Source: Pontiellaceae bacterium (GTDB lineage Bacteria > Verrucomicrobiota > Kiritimatiellia > Kiritimatiellales > Pontiellaceae). Taken from it: a stretch of 64,000 nucleotides of DNA. Of the stretch, positions 1 to 9,600 are shown piece by piece. Each line of letters starts with the position of its first letter. Position 1 is the first letter of the stretch. Position numbers and translations under genes: made by a program. The stretch is taken from the NCBI GenBank assembly GCA_045566035.1, contig JBJLEI010000016.1:1923-65922 (forward strand). Direction: 5' to 3'. The notes under the pieces are model-generated. The model saw only the letters and a list, made by a program, of their open reading frames with translations, did no database searches and was not told the origin of the DNA.

Positions 1-495
1 TTCTAATTGAGTTTCTCCTGGACCACGTAAACCAATACCACCTTTTTGTCTTTCTAAATGGGTCCACATTCTTCTTAATCGAGGTAAAAGATATTCATGT
101 TGAGCAAGCTTTACCTGTAGAAAACCTTCTCTTGTTTGTGCTCGTTGAGCAAAAATATCTAGAATTAACTGAGTTCTATCTAATACACGTACTTTTATTA
201 CTGACTCGAGATTTCTTCCTTGAACAGGTGATAAATCCTCATCAAAAATAATCATAGTTATATTCTTTTCGTGAGCAATTTCATATAATTCATTTGCCTT
301 ACCTGTTCCAATAAAGTGGCCTGCATGAATTTTATTTTGTCGCACAGTAATGCATTCGGAAATATTTGCGCCAGCGCTTTTAGTTAGTTGAGATAATTCT
401 TTAAGATTATCTTTCATTTGCCACTCATCAACACCTGGTAATTGTATACCTATAATTAGAGCATTTTCTTTTTTATTTTTTTTATTCTCAATCAT
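1..495 (-). CDS. hflX: GTPase HflX (N-terminal part; runs off window start)
   Basis: Manual translation of the minus strand gives ...EYLLPRLRRMWTHLERQKGGIGLRGPGETQLE, the HflX N-terminal signature. The ATG at 495-493 overlaps the miaA stop (ATGA). Confidence 0.93.
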   Translation of the reverse strand, partial: MIENKKNKKENALIIGIQLPGVDEWQMKDNLKELSQLTKSAGANISECITVRQNKIHAGHFIGTGKANELYEIAHEKNITMIIFDEDLSPVQGRNLESVIKVRVLDRTQLILDIFAQRAQTREGFLQVKLAQHEYLLPRLRRMWTHLERQKGGIGLRGPGETQLE

Positions 496-1394
496 ATATT
501 AATATTAGTTGGTCCGTTTTTCATCCATTCATTATAAATAACATTAACAATATCTATTTTATTTTTAAATTGATCTATATCAACCCACTTAATATTCATT
601 TTATTTTTAAACCATGTCATTTGCCGTTTTGCTAATTGCCGTGTTCTTATAATAGTTTTTTCTAATGCTTCATCTTTTGATATTTTCCCACTTTGCATAT
701 CAAATACTTCTTGATATCCAATTGCCTGCTGAGCAGTTTGTGAAAGATTACAATTTAACAATTCTTTTGCTTCATCTAATAAACCATCATTAAACATCTC
801 TAATACTCTTTTTTCTATATTTTCATGTAATTTCTTTCTTTCTAGATAAAGACCTATAATTGGAGGACTACTTTTTAATTCCCATGAATCTCCGACATTT
901 CCTCGTTCAAACAAACGAATAATTCTTCTTTTATTTTTTTTATCATCAGAGGATAAATTTAAATATTCATTATTTATCTTATTTTTAGCCATATCCTGTA
1001 ATTGTTCTAAATCTAATAATTCTAATTTTTCTCGATTTTCCTGATCCTGACCTTGTTTTGATTCCATTCCGTCAATTAAACATTTTACATATAATCCAGT
1101 ACCTCCACAAACGATTGGAGTATCTGATAAATTACTCCAACTATTTTTTAATAACTCTAACCATCTAAAGACATTAAAATTCTCCGAGGGATTAATTATA
1201 TTTAAACCTGTATAATTTACCTCTATTTGCATAGAACTTGATGGTTTAGCTGTACCAATATCCATTCCTGAATATATATTCATAGAATCGGCAGATATAA
1301 TCGATGTTGATAATTTTTTAGCTAATAAATGTGCAATATGACTTTTTCCAGAGGCTGTTGGACCAACTAAGAAATATGCATTTTTTTTTATCAT
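492..1394 (-). CDS. miaA: tRNA dimethylallyltransferase
   Basis: GPTASGKS P-loop, ADSMNIY..MDIGTAKP, GGTGLY, AIGY and TRQLAKRQMTWF motifs. Confidence 0.96.
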   Translation of the reverse strand: MIKKNAYFLVGPTASGKSHIAHLLAKKLSTSIISADSMNIYSGMDIGTAKPSSSMQIEVNYTGLNIINPSENFNVFRWLELLKNSWSNLSDTPIVCGGTGLYVKCLIDGMESKQGQDQENREKLELLDLEQLQDMAKNKINNEYLNLSSDDKKNKRRIIRLFERGNVGDSWELKSSPPIIGLYLERKKLHENIEKRVLEMFNDGLLDEAKELLNCNLSQTAQQAIGYQEVFDMQSGKISKDEALEKTIIRTRQLAKRQMTWFKNKMNIKWVDIDQFKNKIDIVNVIYNEWMKNGPTNINI

Positions 1395-1867
1395 GCTTTA
1401 TTAACCTTTTTAGTACTAAACCATTGATGAAATAAATATAAAATCACACTAAGACAAATTGCAGAATCAGCAATATTAAATGATGGGTAATGATAGGTTC
1501 CAAATTGAAAATCAAGAAAATCTATAACCCATCCATATTTTATTCGATCTATCAGATTTCCAATAATTCCACCTAAAATTAAACCGAATAAAATATTATG
1601 AAATTTTGTTTTTAAAAAGATATCATCAACTTTAATTAATAAAAAAAATAAAACTAAAAAAGATATAAAAATAAGTAAAAATCTCTGACCACTAAGAATA
1701 TTCCATGCGGCACCATCATTTTTTACATAAACAAGATTAAAAAAATTTTCTATGATTGGTCGAGTTTCTCCATGAAGAAAATTTGATGTGATATAAAGTT
1801 TTGTGTATTGGTCAAGAAATAAAATTATTAATGCTAATCCTAATGGAATTATACGAGATTTACGCAT
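1391..1867 (-). CDS. lspA: Lipoprotein signal peptidase II
   Basis: DQYTK, NDGAAW, GNLIDR..G.VIDF and FNIADSAI motifs. Confidence 0.96.
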   Translation of the reverse strand: MRKSRIIPLGLALIILFLDQYTKLYITSNFLHGETRPIIENFFNLVYVKNDGAAWNILSGQRFLLIFISFLVLFFLLIKVDDIFLKTKFHNILFGLILGGIIGNLIDRIKYGWVIDFLDFQFGTYHYPSFNIADSAICLSVILYLFHQWFSTKKVNKA

Positions 1868-1870
1868 AAA

Positions 1871-2479
1871 TTATATTCCATGCATCGTACTTCCAAAAGG
1901 ACGGAAACGACGATGCCCTTTTTCAAGTTCAGATTGGGCTTTTATTGAGTGTCTAACATAAGGTAAAGCTTCTAAACGTTCTATATTAATAGCCTCATTT
2001 GTTATCTCACAGATTCCATATGATCCATTCTCAATTCTACGAATAGCTTCATCTATTTCAAAAAGAACATCTTGTTCGCTACTTAACTGATTAAGAGCAA
2101 ATTCTCTATCAAATGTTTCTGTCCCTTGATCTGATAATGAAGGATCTCTTTCATGTTGACTTAAAGAATCTCTATTTATTGATAATATTTCACCTGTAAC
2201 ACGTTCGCGTAACTCTAATAAACGACGAAGCTGTTCTTTTAATTGTTTTATTGTAAAATATTTATTTCTAGCAATTTTACCTGATAAGGTTCCTCCGGTA
2301 GAAGATAATTCTTTACTAGAACTTTTCCTTTTCACAGCTGTTTTCTTTGCAGAAGCTTTCTTTGCAGAAGCTTTCTTTGCAGGAGCTTTCTTTGCAGAAG
2401 CTTTCTTTGCAGGAGCTTTCTTTGCAGGAGCTTTCTTAGCTGTTTTTTTCTTAATAACTTTTTTAACCATTTTATTCAT
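1871..2479 (-). CDS. dksA: DksA/TraR family transcription factor with Lys/Ala-rich repeat N-terminus; one-Cys (zinc-independent-type) motif
   Basis: Coiled coil followed by EIDEAIRRIENGSYGICEIT...ERLEALP; N-terminal AKKA[PS] repeats; located between ileS and lspA. Confidence 0.85.
   Translation of the reverse strand: MNKMVKKVIKKKTAKKAPAKKAPAKKASAKKAPAKKASAKKASAKKTAVKRKSSSKELSSTGGTLSGKIARNKYFTIKQLKEQLRRLLELRERVTGEILSINRDSLSQHERDPSLSDQGTETFDREFALNQLSSEQDVLFEIDEAIRRIENGSYGICEITNEAINIERLEALPYVRHSIKAQSELEKGHRRFRPFGSTMHGI
2341..2440. repeat. 15-bp tandem repeat (about 6 copies, GCTTTCTTTGCAG[A/G]A) encoding AKKA[P/S] units in dksA
   Basis: Directly visible tandem array at 2341-2440. Confidence 0.92.
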
Positions 2480-2564
2480 ACTTTCTATTAAAAAATTTCA
2501 AACTATAAAAATGAGGGTTGCGTGTTTATCATGCTTAATGATGTGTGTCAATAAACATGTATAT

Positions 2565-5500
2565 TTAAGAAATTGGTGTTAAATTAATAAAACACTCATG
2601 ACCATTTAAGTTTTTTACCTCTTTTTCACTTATATTATTATTTAATATACATTTAACCGCTAGAGTTTCATTTTTTATATATTCTATATTTTTTTCAATA
2701 GCTTCAATCACATCACCACTACTAAAATATTCTATTTCAATTCGTTGGGTTACTATAAAATCGTATTCTTTTCTTATTGTCTGAATTTTATTTATAAATT
2801 CACGCGCTAAACCCTCAGAAATTAAATCGTCAGTAAGCTCTGTATCTAGACCAATTACAAGTTCTCCATCTATACCAACTGCCATACCCTTAATTGGCTT
2901 ATAAACTAAATCTATATCAGATAATTCTAATGGAATAACTTTTTCACCTAAATCAACATTAATTATTTTTCCTTGCGATATAGATAAAATTTCATTTTCA
3001 GATAATTTATTAATAATAGATACGGCATCTTTCATTAATGGACCAAGTTTTGGTCCTAATTTTTTAAAGTTAGGTTTAGCCTGTAGTATTGCTAATGCAG
3101 ATGAATCAGTAGAAAATTCTACCTTTTTTATATTTAATTCATCAGATATTAACCCTTCTAATTCTTGAATATTTGATAAAAGCTTTTCATCATTACAAAC
3201 AACAAGCATTCGTGATAAAGGCTGTCTATTTTTTAACTTATATTCTGTTCTTAATGCTCTTCCTTGTTCTACAGCACTGATAACTAACTTCATCTGTTCT
3301 TCTAATATATAATCTCTTTTAGCATCAGCAGATGTTGGAAAATCGCATAAATGAACCGATTTTGGCATATCTTTTGTACGAAGATTTTCAAATATTTTTT
3401 CTGATATAAATGGTGTAAATGGAGCTGCAATTTTACATAAACCAATTAATGTATTATATAATGTACTATAAGCTTCTACTTTATCTGTATCATCTTCTGC
3501 TTTCCAAAATCTTCTTCTAGATCTGCGAATATACCAATTAGTTAAATCTTCAATAAATGATACAAATGGCTTAACTGCAGATTGTAAATCATATTTATCC
3601 ATCGCTAAACTCACTTCATTTTCTAGTCTAGCTAATGAGCTTTGTATCCATCTATCTAGTAAATTATTATATTGTTTAACTTTTTTATCAGGATTCCAAT
3701 TATCCACATTAGCATACGTTATAAAGAAGCTATATGCATTCCACCATGGTATTAACAAATGACGTAAAGCATGCTTAACACCCTCTTCAGAAAATCTAAG
3801 TGATTCAGCTCGTACAACCGGAGAATTAATCAGATATAATCTAAGTGCATCTGCTCCATATTGATCGATAATATGTAATGGATCGGGGTAATTCTTCAGC
3901 CTTTTACTCATTTTTAGACCGTCTTCAGCTAAAACTAATCCATTAACAACAACATTATTGAATGCTGGTTTATCAAATAATGCTGTTGATAAAACCATTA
4001 AAGTATAAAACCATCCTCTAGTTTGATCCAAACCCTCTGCAATGAAATCTGCCGGAAAATTTTCCTCAAAGGTGTTCTTATTTTCAAATGGATAATGATT
4101 TTGCGCGTAAGGCATAGATCCAGATTCAAACCAACAATCTAATACTTCTGGTGTTCTTCGATATACCTTATTATCCTGATGAATGATGATATTATCTACA
4201 TAATGTTTATGTAAATCTGTTACTTTTTCACCAGAAAGTTCTTCTAAGTGTTTGGTAGACTTAATACAAATCATATCCGAGGAGTCTTCTTCATTAACCC
4301 AAACTGGTATACATGATCCCCAAAACCTGTTTCTACTTATATTCCAATCCTTAGCATCAGCTAACCAATTCTCAAAACGTTTTTTTCCTACATGTTCCGG
4401 TGTCCAATGGATAGTTGAATTATGCTGAATCATTCTATCCCGAAGATCTTCAACTTTAACATACCAAGCATCAATTGCTCTATAGATTAAAGGTGTGTCC
4501 GTTCTTTCACAAAACGGATAACTATGCTGGATAGTTGATTGATAAATAAGCTGATTATTATCCTTTAAGACTTGGATAATTTCTTTATCTGCATCTTTAC
4601 AAAACTTTCCTTTTAACCAAGAAACCATATCTGTAAATACACAGTCAGCATCTAATGGATCTACTATATTAATATTAGCTTCTCTACAAATTCGATAATC
4701 ATCTTCACCATATGCTGGTGCCATATGAACAATGCCGGTTCCATCTTCTGTTGAAACAAAATCATCAATTAATATTTTAAATGCATTTTTGTGATTCAAA
4801 AAATCATTGAAAATTGGTTTATAGCTAATGTCTTTTAGTTCATTACCTTTTAAAATTTTTAAAATTGTATAATCAGATTCCTCTTTATAATAAGTATCTA
4901 ATCTTGAAGAAGCTAATAATAAATTATGATTAGATTGATGATCCTTTAGCACTACATAATCAATATCAGGACCAACACAAACAGCTAAATTAGAGGGTAA
5001 TGTCCAAGGTGTAGTTGTCCATATCAGCAAAGAAACATCTTTAATCTCAAAGTTTATTAATGGTATCTGAACAGTTATTGCTGGATCTTGTACATCTTGA
5101 TAGTTTCTACCTGCCTCAAAATTAGACAGTGGTGTATTTAATTTCCAACTATATGGCATAATTCGATGTGCTTTATAAATTCTATCTTGCTCCCATAATT
5201 GAGAAAAAACCCACCAAATAGACTCCATAAAATCAGCGTCCATCGTCTTATAATCATTTTCAAAATCTACCCATCTTCCCATCCGAGTCACTGTTTTTTT
5301 CCAATCCTCTACATAAGTAGAAACCATGGAACGACATTGTTCATTAAATACGTCTACTCCCGTATCTATAATTGCAGGAGATCCGGCTAAATTTAATTCC
5401 TCTTGTGCCAATGCCTCAATAGGTAAACCATGACAATCCCATCCAAATCTACGCTCAACAACATTTCCTCGCATAGCTTGATATCTAGGAATGATGTCTT

Positions 5501-5693
5501 TAATTGTTCCGGCAAGTAAATGACCGTAATGTGGTAAACCTGTTGCAAATGGTGGACCATCGTAAAATACATACTCATTACTACCCGAACGATTTCGAAT
5601 AGATTCCTTAAATGTATCTTCATTTTCCCATCTTTGAAGGATTTCTTCTTCCATTTCTGGAAAATCAGTTTTATTTGAAACTTCTTTAAACAT
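2565..5693 (-). CDS. ileS: Isoleucine-tRNA ligase, type 2 (eukaryote/archaea-like)
   Basis: DGPPFATGLPHYGH, GWDCHGLP, WTTTPWTLP, EGLDQTRGWF and KMSKR motifs; 1042 aa; C-terminal EGLARE..IQ..RK region and no C-terminal zinc finger. Confidence 0.97.
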   Translation of the reverse strand: MFKEVSNKTDFPEMEEEILQRWENEDTFKESIRNRSGSNEYVFYDGPPFATGLPHYGHLLAGTIKDIIPRYQAMRGNVVERRFGWDCHGLPIEALAQEELNLAGSPAIIDTGVDVFNEQCRSMVSTYVEDWKKTVTRMGRWVDFENDYKTMDADFMESIWWVFSQLWEQDRIYKAHRIMPYSWKLNTPLSNFEAGRNYQDVQDPAITVQIPLINFEIKDVSLLIWTTTPWTLPSNLAVCVGPDIDYVVLKDHQSNHNLLLASSRLDTYYKEESDYTILKILKGNELKDISYKPIFNDFLNHKNAFKILIDDFVSTEDGTGIVHMAPAYGEDDYRICREANINIVDPLDADCVFTDMVSWLKGKFCKDADKEIIQVLKDNNQLIYQSTIQHSYPFCERTDTPLIYRAIDAWYVKVEDLRDRMIQHNSTIHWTPEHVGKKRFENWLADAKDWNISRNRFWGSCIPVWVNEEDSSDMICIKSTKHLEELSGEKVTDLHKHYVDNIIIHQDNKVYRRTPEVLDCWFESGSMPYAQNHYPFENKNTFEENFPADFIAEGLDQTRGWFYTLMVLSTALFDKPAFNNVVVNGLVLAEDGLKMSKRLKNYPDPLHIIDQYGADALRLYLINSPVVRAESLRFSEEGVKHALRHLLIPWWNAYSFFITYANVDNWNPDKKVKQYNNLLDRWIQSSLARLENEVSLAMDKYDLQSAVKPFVSFIEDLTNWYIRRSRRRFWKAEDDTDKVEAYSTLYNTLIGLCKIAAPFTPFISEKIFENLRTKDMPKSVHLCDFPTSADAKRDYILEEQMKLVISAVEQGRALRTEYKLKNRQPLSRMLVVCNDEKLLSNIQELEGLISDELNIKKVEFSTDSSALAILQAKPNFKKLGPKLGPLMKDAVSIINKLSENEILSISQGKIINVDLGEKVIPLELSDIDLVYKPIKGMAVGIDGELVIGLDTELTDDLISEGLAREFINKIQTIRKEYDFIVTQRIEIEYFSSGDVIEAIEKNIEYIKNETLAVKCILNNNISEKEVKNLNGHECFINLTPIS

Positions 5694-5725
5694 TGATTAC
5701 CTCAAATTAATTAAAAAGTTTGGAG

Positions 5726-5754
5726 AACATATATCTAACAACACAATAAGACAA
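5726..5754 (-). promoter_or_regulatory. Putative sigma70 promoter of ileS (TTGTCT-N17-TATGTT)
   Basis: Minus strand reads TTGTCT tattgtgttgttagata TATGTT, with a 17-bp spacer, about 30 bp upstream of the ileS start. Confidence 0.45.
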
Positions 5755-5835
5755 GCACTCATAATATTTGATTGATTAAGTATCTAGTATAATCTAAATT
5801 TTCTTACTTCATTGTTAATAAGAAAAATTATATTT

Positions 5836-8800
5836 ATGAAACACTTAGTAATTAAAATTTATACAATAGCTCTAATTATCTTTAGTATAACAATTATTTC
5901 TACAGCTCAGAATGTTATTGATGCTTGGGGTGGCTTTGTTTCTCTTGAACCCAATGGTAATACCGATGCAGATGGTTGGAATCTAGGAGAACGATATGAT
6001 GGCTCCCTAGTTAATCAATGGCATTATGGTACGGCAACTAATTTTGTAGCAACTGGCGGTTCTGGTTGGTTAAAATTAGATAATACAGATAGCTCAGCAG
6101 ATACTACTATATATCTTAATAGTATAACTATTGGAGATGAAGATCCTAATAACTACCAAGGTACGATTGTAGAAGGTTCTGTTGCAGGAGATTTAACATT
6201 TGAAACGCGTAATAATGTAAGACTTCAAGTTGATGATAATCTAGCTGAAGTTTTTGATATCAGCGGCGCAAACAATCTTACTATTAACGGGGGTACTTAC
6301 GATTCTACAAGAAAAAATAATGTATCAGGTTCTTTTTCCGCAAGTTTCGCAGGTATAACAGGGAAGACCATTATAAATAATGCAACCTTTTTGGGACCTG
6401 ATGTAGATCAAAACTGGGTTAATTCTGCAGGTGGTGGCGGTTTACTAATAAATAGTTCAGGTGAAATTGTACTAAATAATGTTACAAGTGAAGGTGGATA
6501 CGGTAAACCAAGAAGAAGACGTGTTATAGATCAATATTTAGGTAATACTCAGGATGAGAATATAATTGATACCGCTACCTTAACTGGAGGACATGGATTA
6601 TTGATTCAAAATAGCTCTGCTTCTATTTTTGCAACAAACCTTTCAGCAAAGGCAGGAAATGCTGGTGGATATGATATCGAATACACCAGAGTAACTAATG
6701 CTACTTTTACTTCTACTGCTTATGGAGGGCATGGTATAAATGGTAGTGCTACATTAAATGCACAAACTGCCAATATAGCTGCGGGAAGTGGTGGTAGTTT
6801 TACGGTAGACTCATTAGATGGACACGCATTTGATATTACCTTCTCCGCAGATGGTGGTAACGGAATTAATGGAGGCACTCAATCGGGTGTTTTAACCAAT
6901 GCAACCGTTACTGCAGGGAATGGTGGGAGTATAAATATAGGCGCGGTAACAAGTGGAGCTATTACATTTAATGCGGAAGGAGGTAGTGGACTAGATGGAG
7001 ATCTAGGTGATGGCTCTTTATCTGGTTTATTTATTGCTGGAAATGGGGCATCAGAAGTTTATGTATCAGGCGGAAGTGCTGAGTTAAATATATCTGGTGG
7101 TAACGCTGTTAATAATTCCTCTGCTCAACAAATTACCATTGCAAATGGTAGATATCTTGGGGGACATGGTGGAGATAATATATATCTTAGCGTAACAAAT
7201 TCTACCCAATCCGAAATAACATCGAATGGTGGTATCGCATTATCTGGTGCTGCAATAATTAAAGATGGTGTTTTTACTGGTGGGAATGGTGGGAATATAA
7301 ATGCTAATACAGCGGTATCATCAAGTATTCATGCCAATGGAGGAACAGCTATATCGTTAAGATATAACACTTCTACATCTACAAATAATATTATTAATGA
7401 TGGTATTTTTAATGGTGGGAATGGTGGGAATATAACCATAACAAACGGTATAGCTGATGCTCGTGGAGGACATGCAATAACAAGTATCATGACATCAGAT
7501 GGTACAACAAATGGAACTATTAATTCAGGAACACTTATAATTAATGATGGAATATTTACAGGAGGTAATGGAGGTCGGGCTACTACAACTACCGGCTCTA
7601 CTACTGCGTATGAAGGAAGTGGAGCTTTTTTATTCGGTGGGACAAATATTATTAACGGTGGAACCTTCTCCCATGGAAATAAAGGTACTGCATCATCCAT
7701 AATAAATCTACAAACAGATAATGCTTTAGATGTTTCTAATGCTCACTCCTTAACTATTGACTCTATTAATGAGGATAAACCCTTATTTAAGGGATCTATT
7801 GCAATAGCAGATTTAGATAGTGTAAACCTCAATAGCGGTAATGTAATTGGTGACGTTAGAATGGCTGGTTCTATTGATAATTTAAATGTTAATTCTAGTT
7901 TTAAAGTTAATGGTACATTTGAAATTGGAAGTTTGGTTGGATTTTCTACTAACACGGTTAATGTGAATATAGATTCAAGTAATGATGGTTCTGTTTTTGA
8001 AAATATTTCAATGTTTGATACTAGTTATCTTACTTTTTCTAACCAAACATTCACATCCGCCAACAACGCAAATATTTTAGTTAATGAATTAAGTCAAATA
8101 AACTTTTTAAATGGTGCTAATTTTTCACCGGGAACATCTGTTAATATTGGTCTTGGTTCCTTCTCCTCCGTTGGAGATATTACTCTTGATGATGCAACAT
8201 TAAATCTGAGCTACAATGGAATTAAAAATGGTAGCCTTGCTATATCATCGGGTGCCTTAAATTTAAATGGTTCTAACGCAAGATTAAACCTTACTGGATC
8301 CCCTACTAACTCATCGGGTTCAGTAAATTTTGGATCTCTAGGAGATAATTCTGATGTTATTGATTTAAGTAAAATTAATACAGATTTTGGGTGGTTACTT
8401 GATACAACGGTAAATACACAGGGAAATACAAGTAATGCACTGATTGTTTCCTTTTCTTATAATTTACCAACAAATCATATAGCCATATCTAACTTTCAAA
8501 ATACCAATCATTATGATCTTGTGTCAGATGATATTGCTAATAATAACTTTTATACGATTAATGCTATGGGTGCTGTAAAAGGATCTGAATTAATTAGATT
8601 TATGGAATTAGATGAAGTAAATACGTCAGATGGTGTTTTTAAAGATAACCAACAAATTAATAATTTAATATCTGCTAGAAATACAGAAGTTCGTTCTCGT
8701 CATGGATTTGCTTCTTCTAATCCTAAATCACAAAAACCATATGGTGTTTCGGGTCCATCTGTTAATAAACCTGAAGTACAAGGTTGGATAAGAGGCTATA

Positions 8801-9600
8801 ATACTAAAGGTACCTATGATCAAACAGCATCATTTAATACGCATAAGATAGATGGAACTGGAACTATTTTAGGATTGGATAAATATAATAATAACATCTT
8901 AACAGGTTTAGCTATTGGTCAATCTAGCTCTAAATCTTATTCTGCCTCTGTATACTCCTCAAATTCAGAAATTATAAATGGGTCGATTTACTCCACTATT
9001 GGCGGAAGAGATAATTTCATAGATTTGGCAATTTCATACAGTGAAGCAGATACACATATAAAAAGTTTCTTGAATATCCCCTCGTATAAGATTAATTCTT
9101 CTTTAGAGAGTTATTATCTTGGTGTTGGTCATTCATTTGATGCTTTTAAAGATATTCGTGTTACACCTGAATTATCCTACTTATACTCCAAATACAAACA
9201 AGATGGTTATACTCGACCAGGTATTGTTGAAAAGAATGTATCTAGTTTTTCATCTAATTCAGGAATTTTATCTACCGGAATCAATATTGCCACTCAATAC
9301 CAGATTGATTGGTTTAATAAAGGATTAGCGATGATACCCGAATTTCGTTTGCATTGGCTTCGCGAAACGAATAGTAATAACGATCGAGTTAATTATCTTG
9401 TTTCAGATAATACCTTATCTTTTTCACAAGGATCTTTAAATATGAGACCAAGAGATGAAAATTTGTTTAAACTTGGTATGGGATTAAATTTTTGGAGCTG
9501 GTACACCAAAAATGCTCGATTAGAAATAGATTATGATTTAACTACAGGTGCTAACTATCAAGAACATTTAATATCCGGCAAGGTTGGTATTAAATTTTAA
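5836..9600 (+). CDS. Autotransporter (type Va) with Gly/Asn-rich repetitive passenger and C-terminal beta-barrel
   Basis: Signal peptide (MKHLVIKIYTIALIIFSITIISTAQ; ATG 5836 preferred over TTG 5812); GG(N/H)GG-type repeats; C-terminal ~270 aa beginning GWIRGY with barrel-like strands, ending KVGIKF. Confidence 0.88.
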   Translation: MKHLVIKIYTIALIIFSITIISTAQNVIDAWGGFVSLEPNGNTDADGWNLGERYDGSLVNQWHYGTATNFVATGGSGWLKLDNTDSSADTTIYLNSITIGDEDPNNYQGTIVEGSVAGDLTFETRNNVRLQVDDNLAEVFDISGANNLTINGGTYDSTRKNNVSGSFSASFAGITGKTIINNATFLGPDVDQNWVNSAGGGGLLINSSGEIVLNNVTSEGGYGKPRRRRVIDQYLGNTQDENIIDTATLTGGHGLLIQNSSASIFATNLSAKAGNAGGYDIEYTRVTNATFTSTAYGGHGINGSATLNAQTANIAAGSGGSFTVDSLDGHAFDITFSADGGNGINGGTQSGVLTNATVTAGNGGSINIGAVTSGAITFNAEGGSGLDGDLGDGSLSGLFIAGNGASEVYVSGGSAELNISGGNAVNNSSAQQITIANGRYLGGHGGDNIYLSVTNSTQSEITSNGGIALSGAAIIKDGVFTGGNGGNINANTAVSSSIHANGGTAISLRYNTSTSTNNIINDGIFNGGNGGNITITNGIADARGGHAITSIMTSDGTTNGTINSGTLIINDGIFTGGNGGRATTTTGSTTAYEGSGAFLFGGTNIINGGTFSHGNKGTASSIINLQTDNALDVSNAHSLTIDSINEDKPLFKGSIAIADLDSVNLNSGNVIGDVRMAGSIDNLNVNSSFKVNGTFEIGSLVGFSTNTVNVNIDSSNDGSVFENISMFDTSYLTFSNQTFTSANNANILVNELSQINFLNGANFSPGTSVNIGLGSFSSVGDITLDDATLNLSYNGIKNGSLAISSGALNLNGSNARLNLTGSPTNSSGSVNFGSLGDNSDVIDLSKINTDFGWLLDTTVNTQGNTSNALIVSFSYNLPTNHIAISNFQNTNHYDLVSDDIANNNFYTINAMGAVKGSELIRFMELDEVNTSDGVFKDNQQINNLISARNTEVRSRHGFASSNPKSQKPYGVSGPSVNKPEVQGWIRGYNTKGTYDQTASFNTHKIDGTGTILGLDKYNNNILTGLAIGQSSSKSYSASVYSSNSEIINGSIYSTIGGRDNFIDLAISYSEADTHIKSFLNIPSYKINSSLESYYLGVGHSFDAFKDIRVTPELSYLYSKYKQDGYTRPGIVEKNVSSFSSNSGILSTGINIATQYQIDWFNKGLAMIPEFRLHWLRETNSNNDRVNYLVSDNTLSFSQGSLNMRPRDENLFKLGMGLNFWSWYTKNARLEIDYDLTTGANYQEHLISGKVGIKF

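Noticed and set aside
480-500. Absence of hfq between miaA and hflX
   Set aside because: miaA-hflX without hfq is common outside Proteobacteria/Firmicutes; not unusual.
2341-2440. 15-bp tandem array as a possible CRISPR
   Set aside because: No spacers, and it is in-frame coding for the DksA N-terminal tail.
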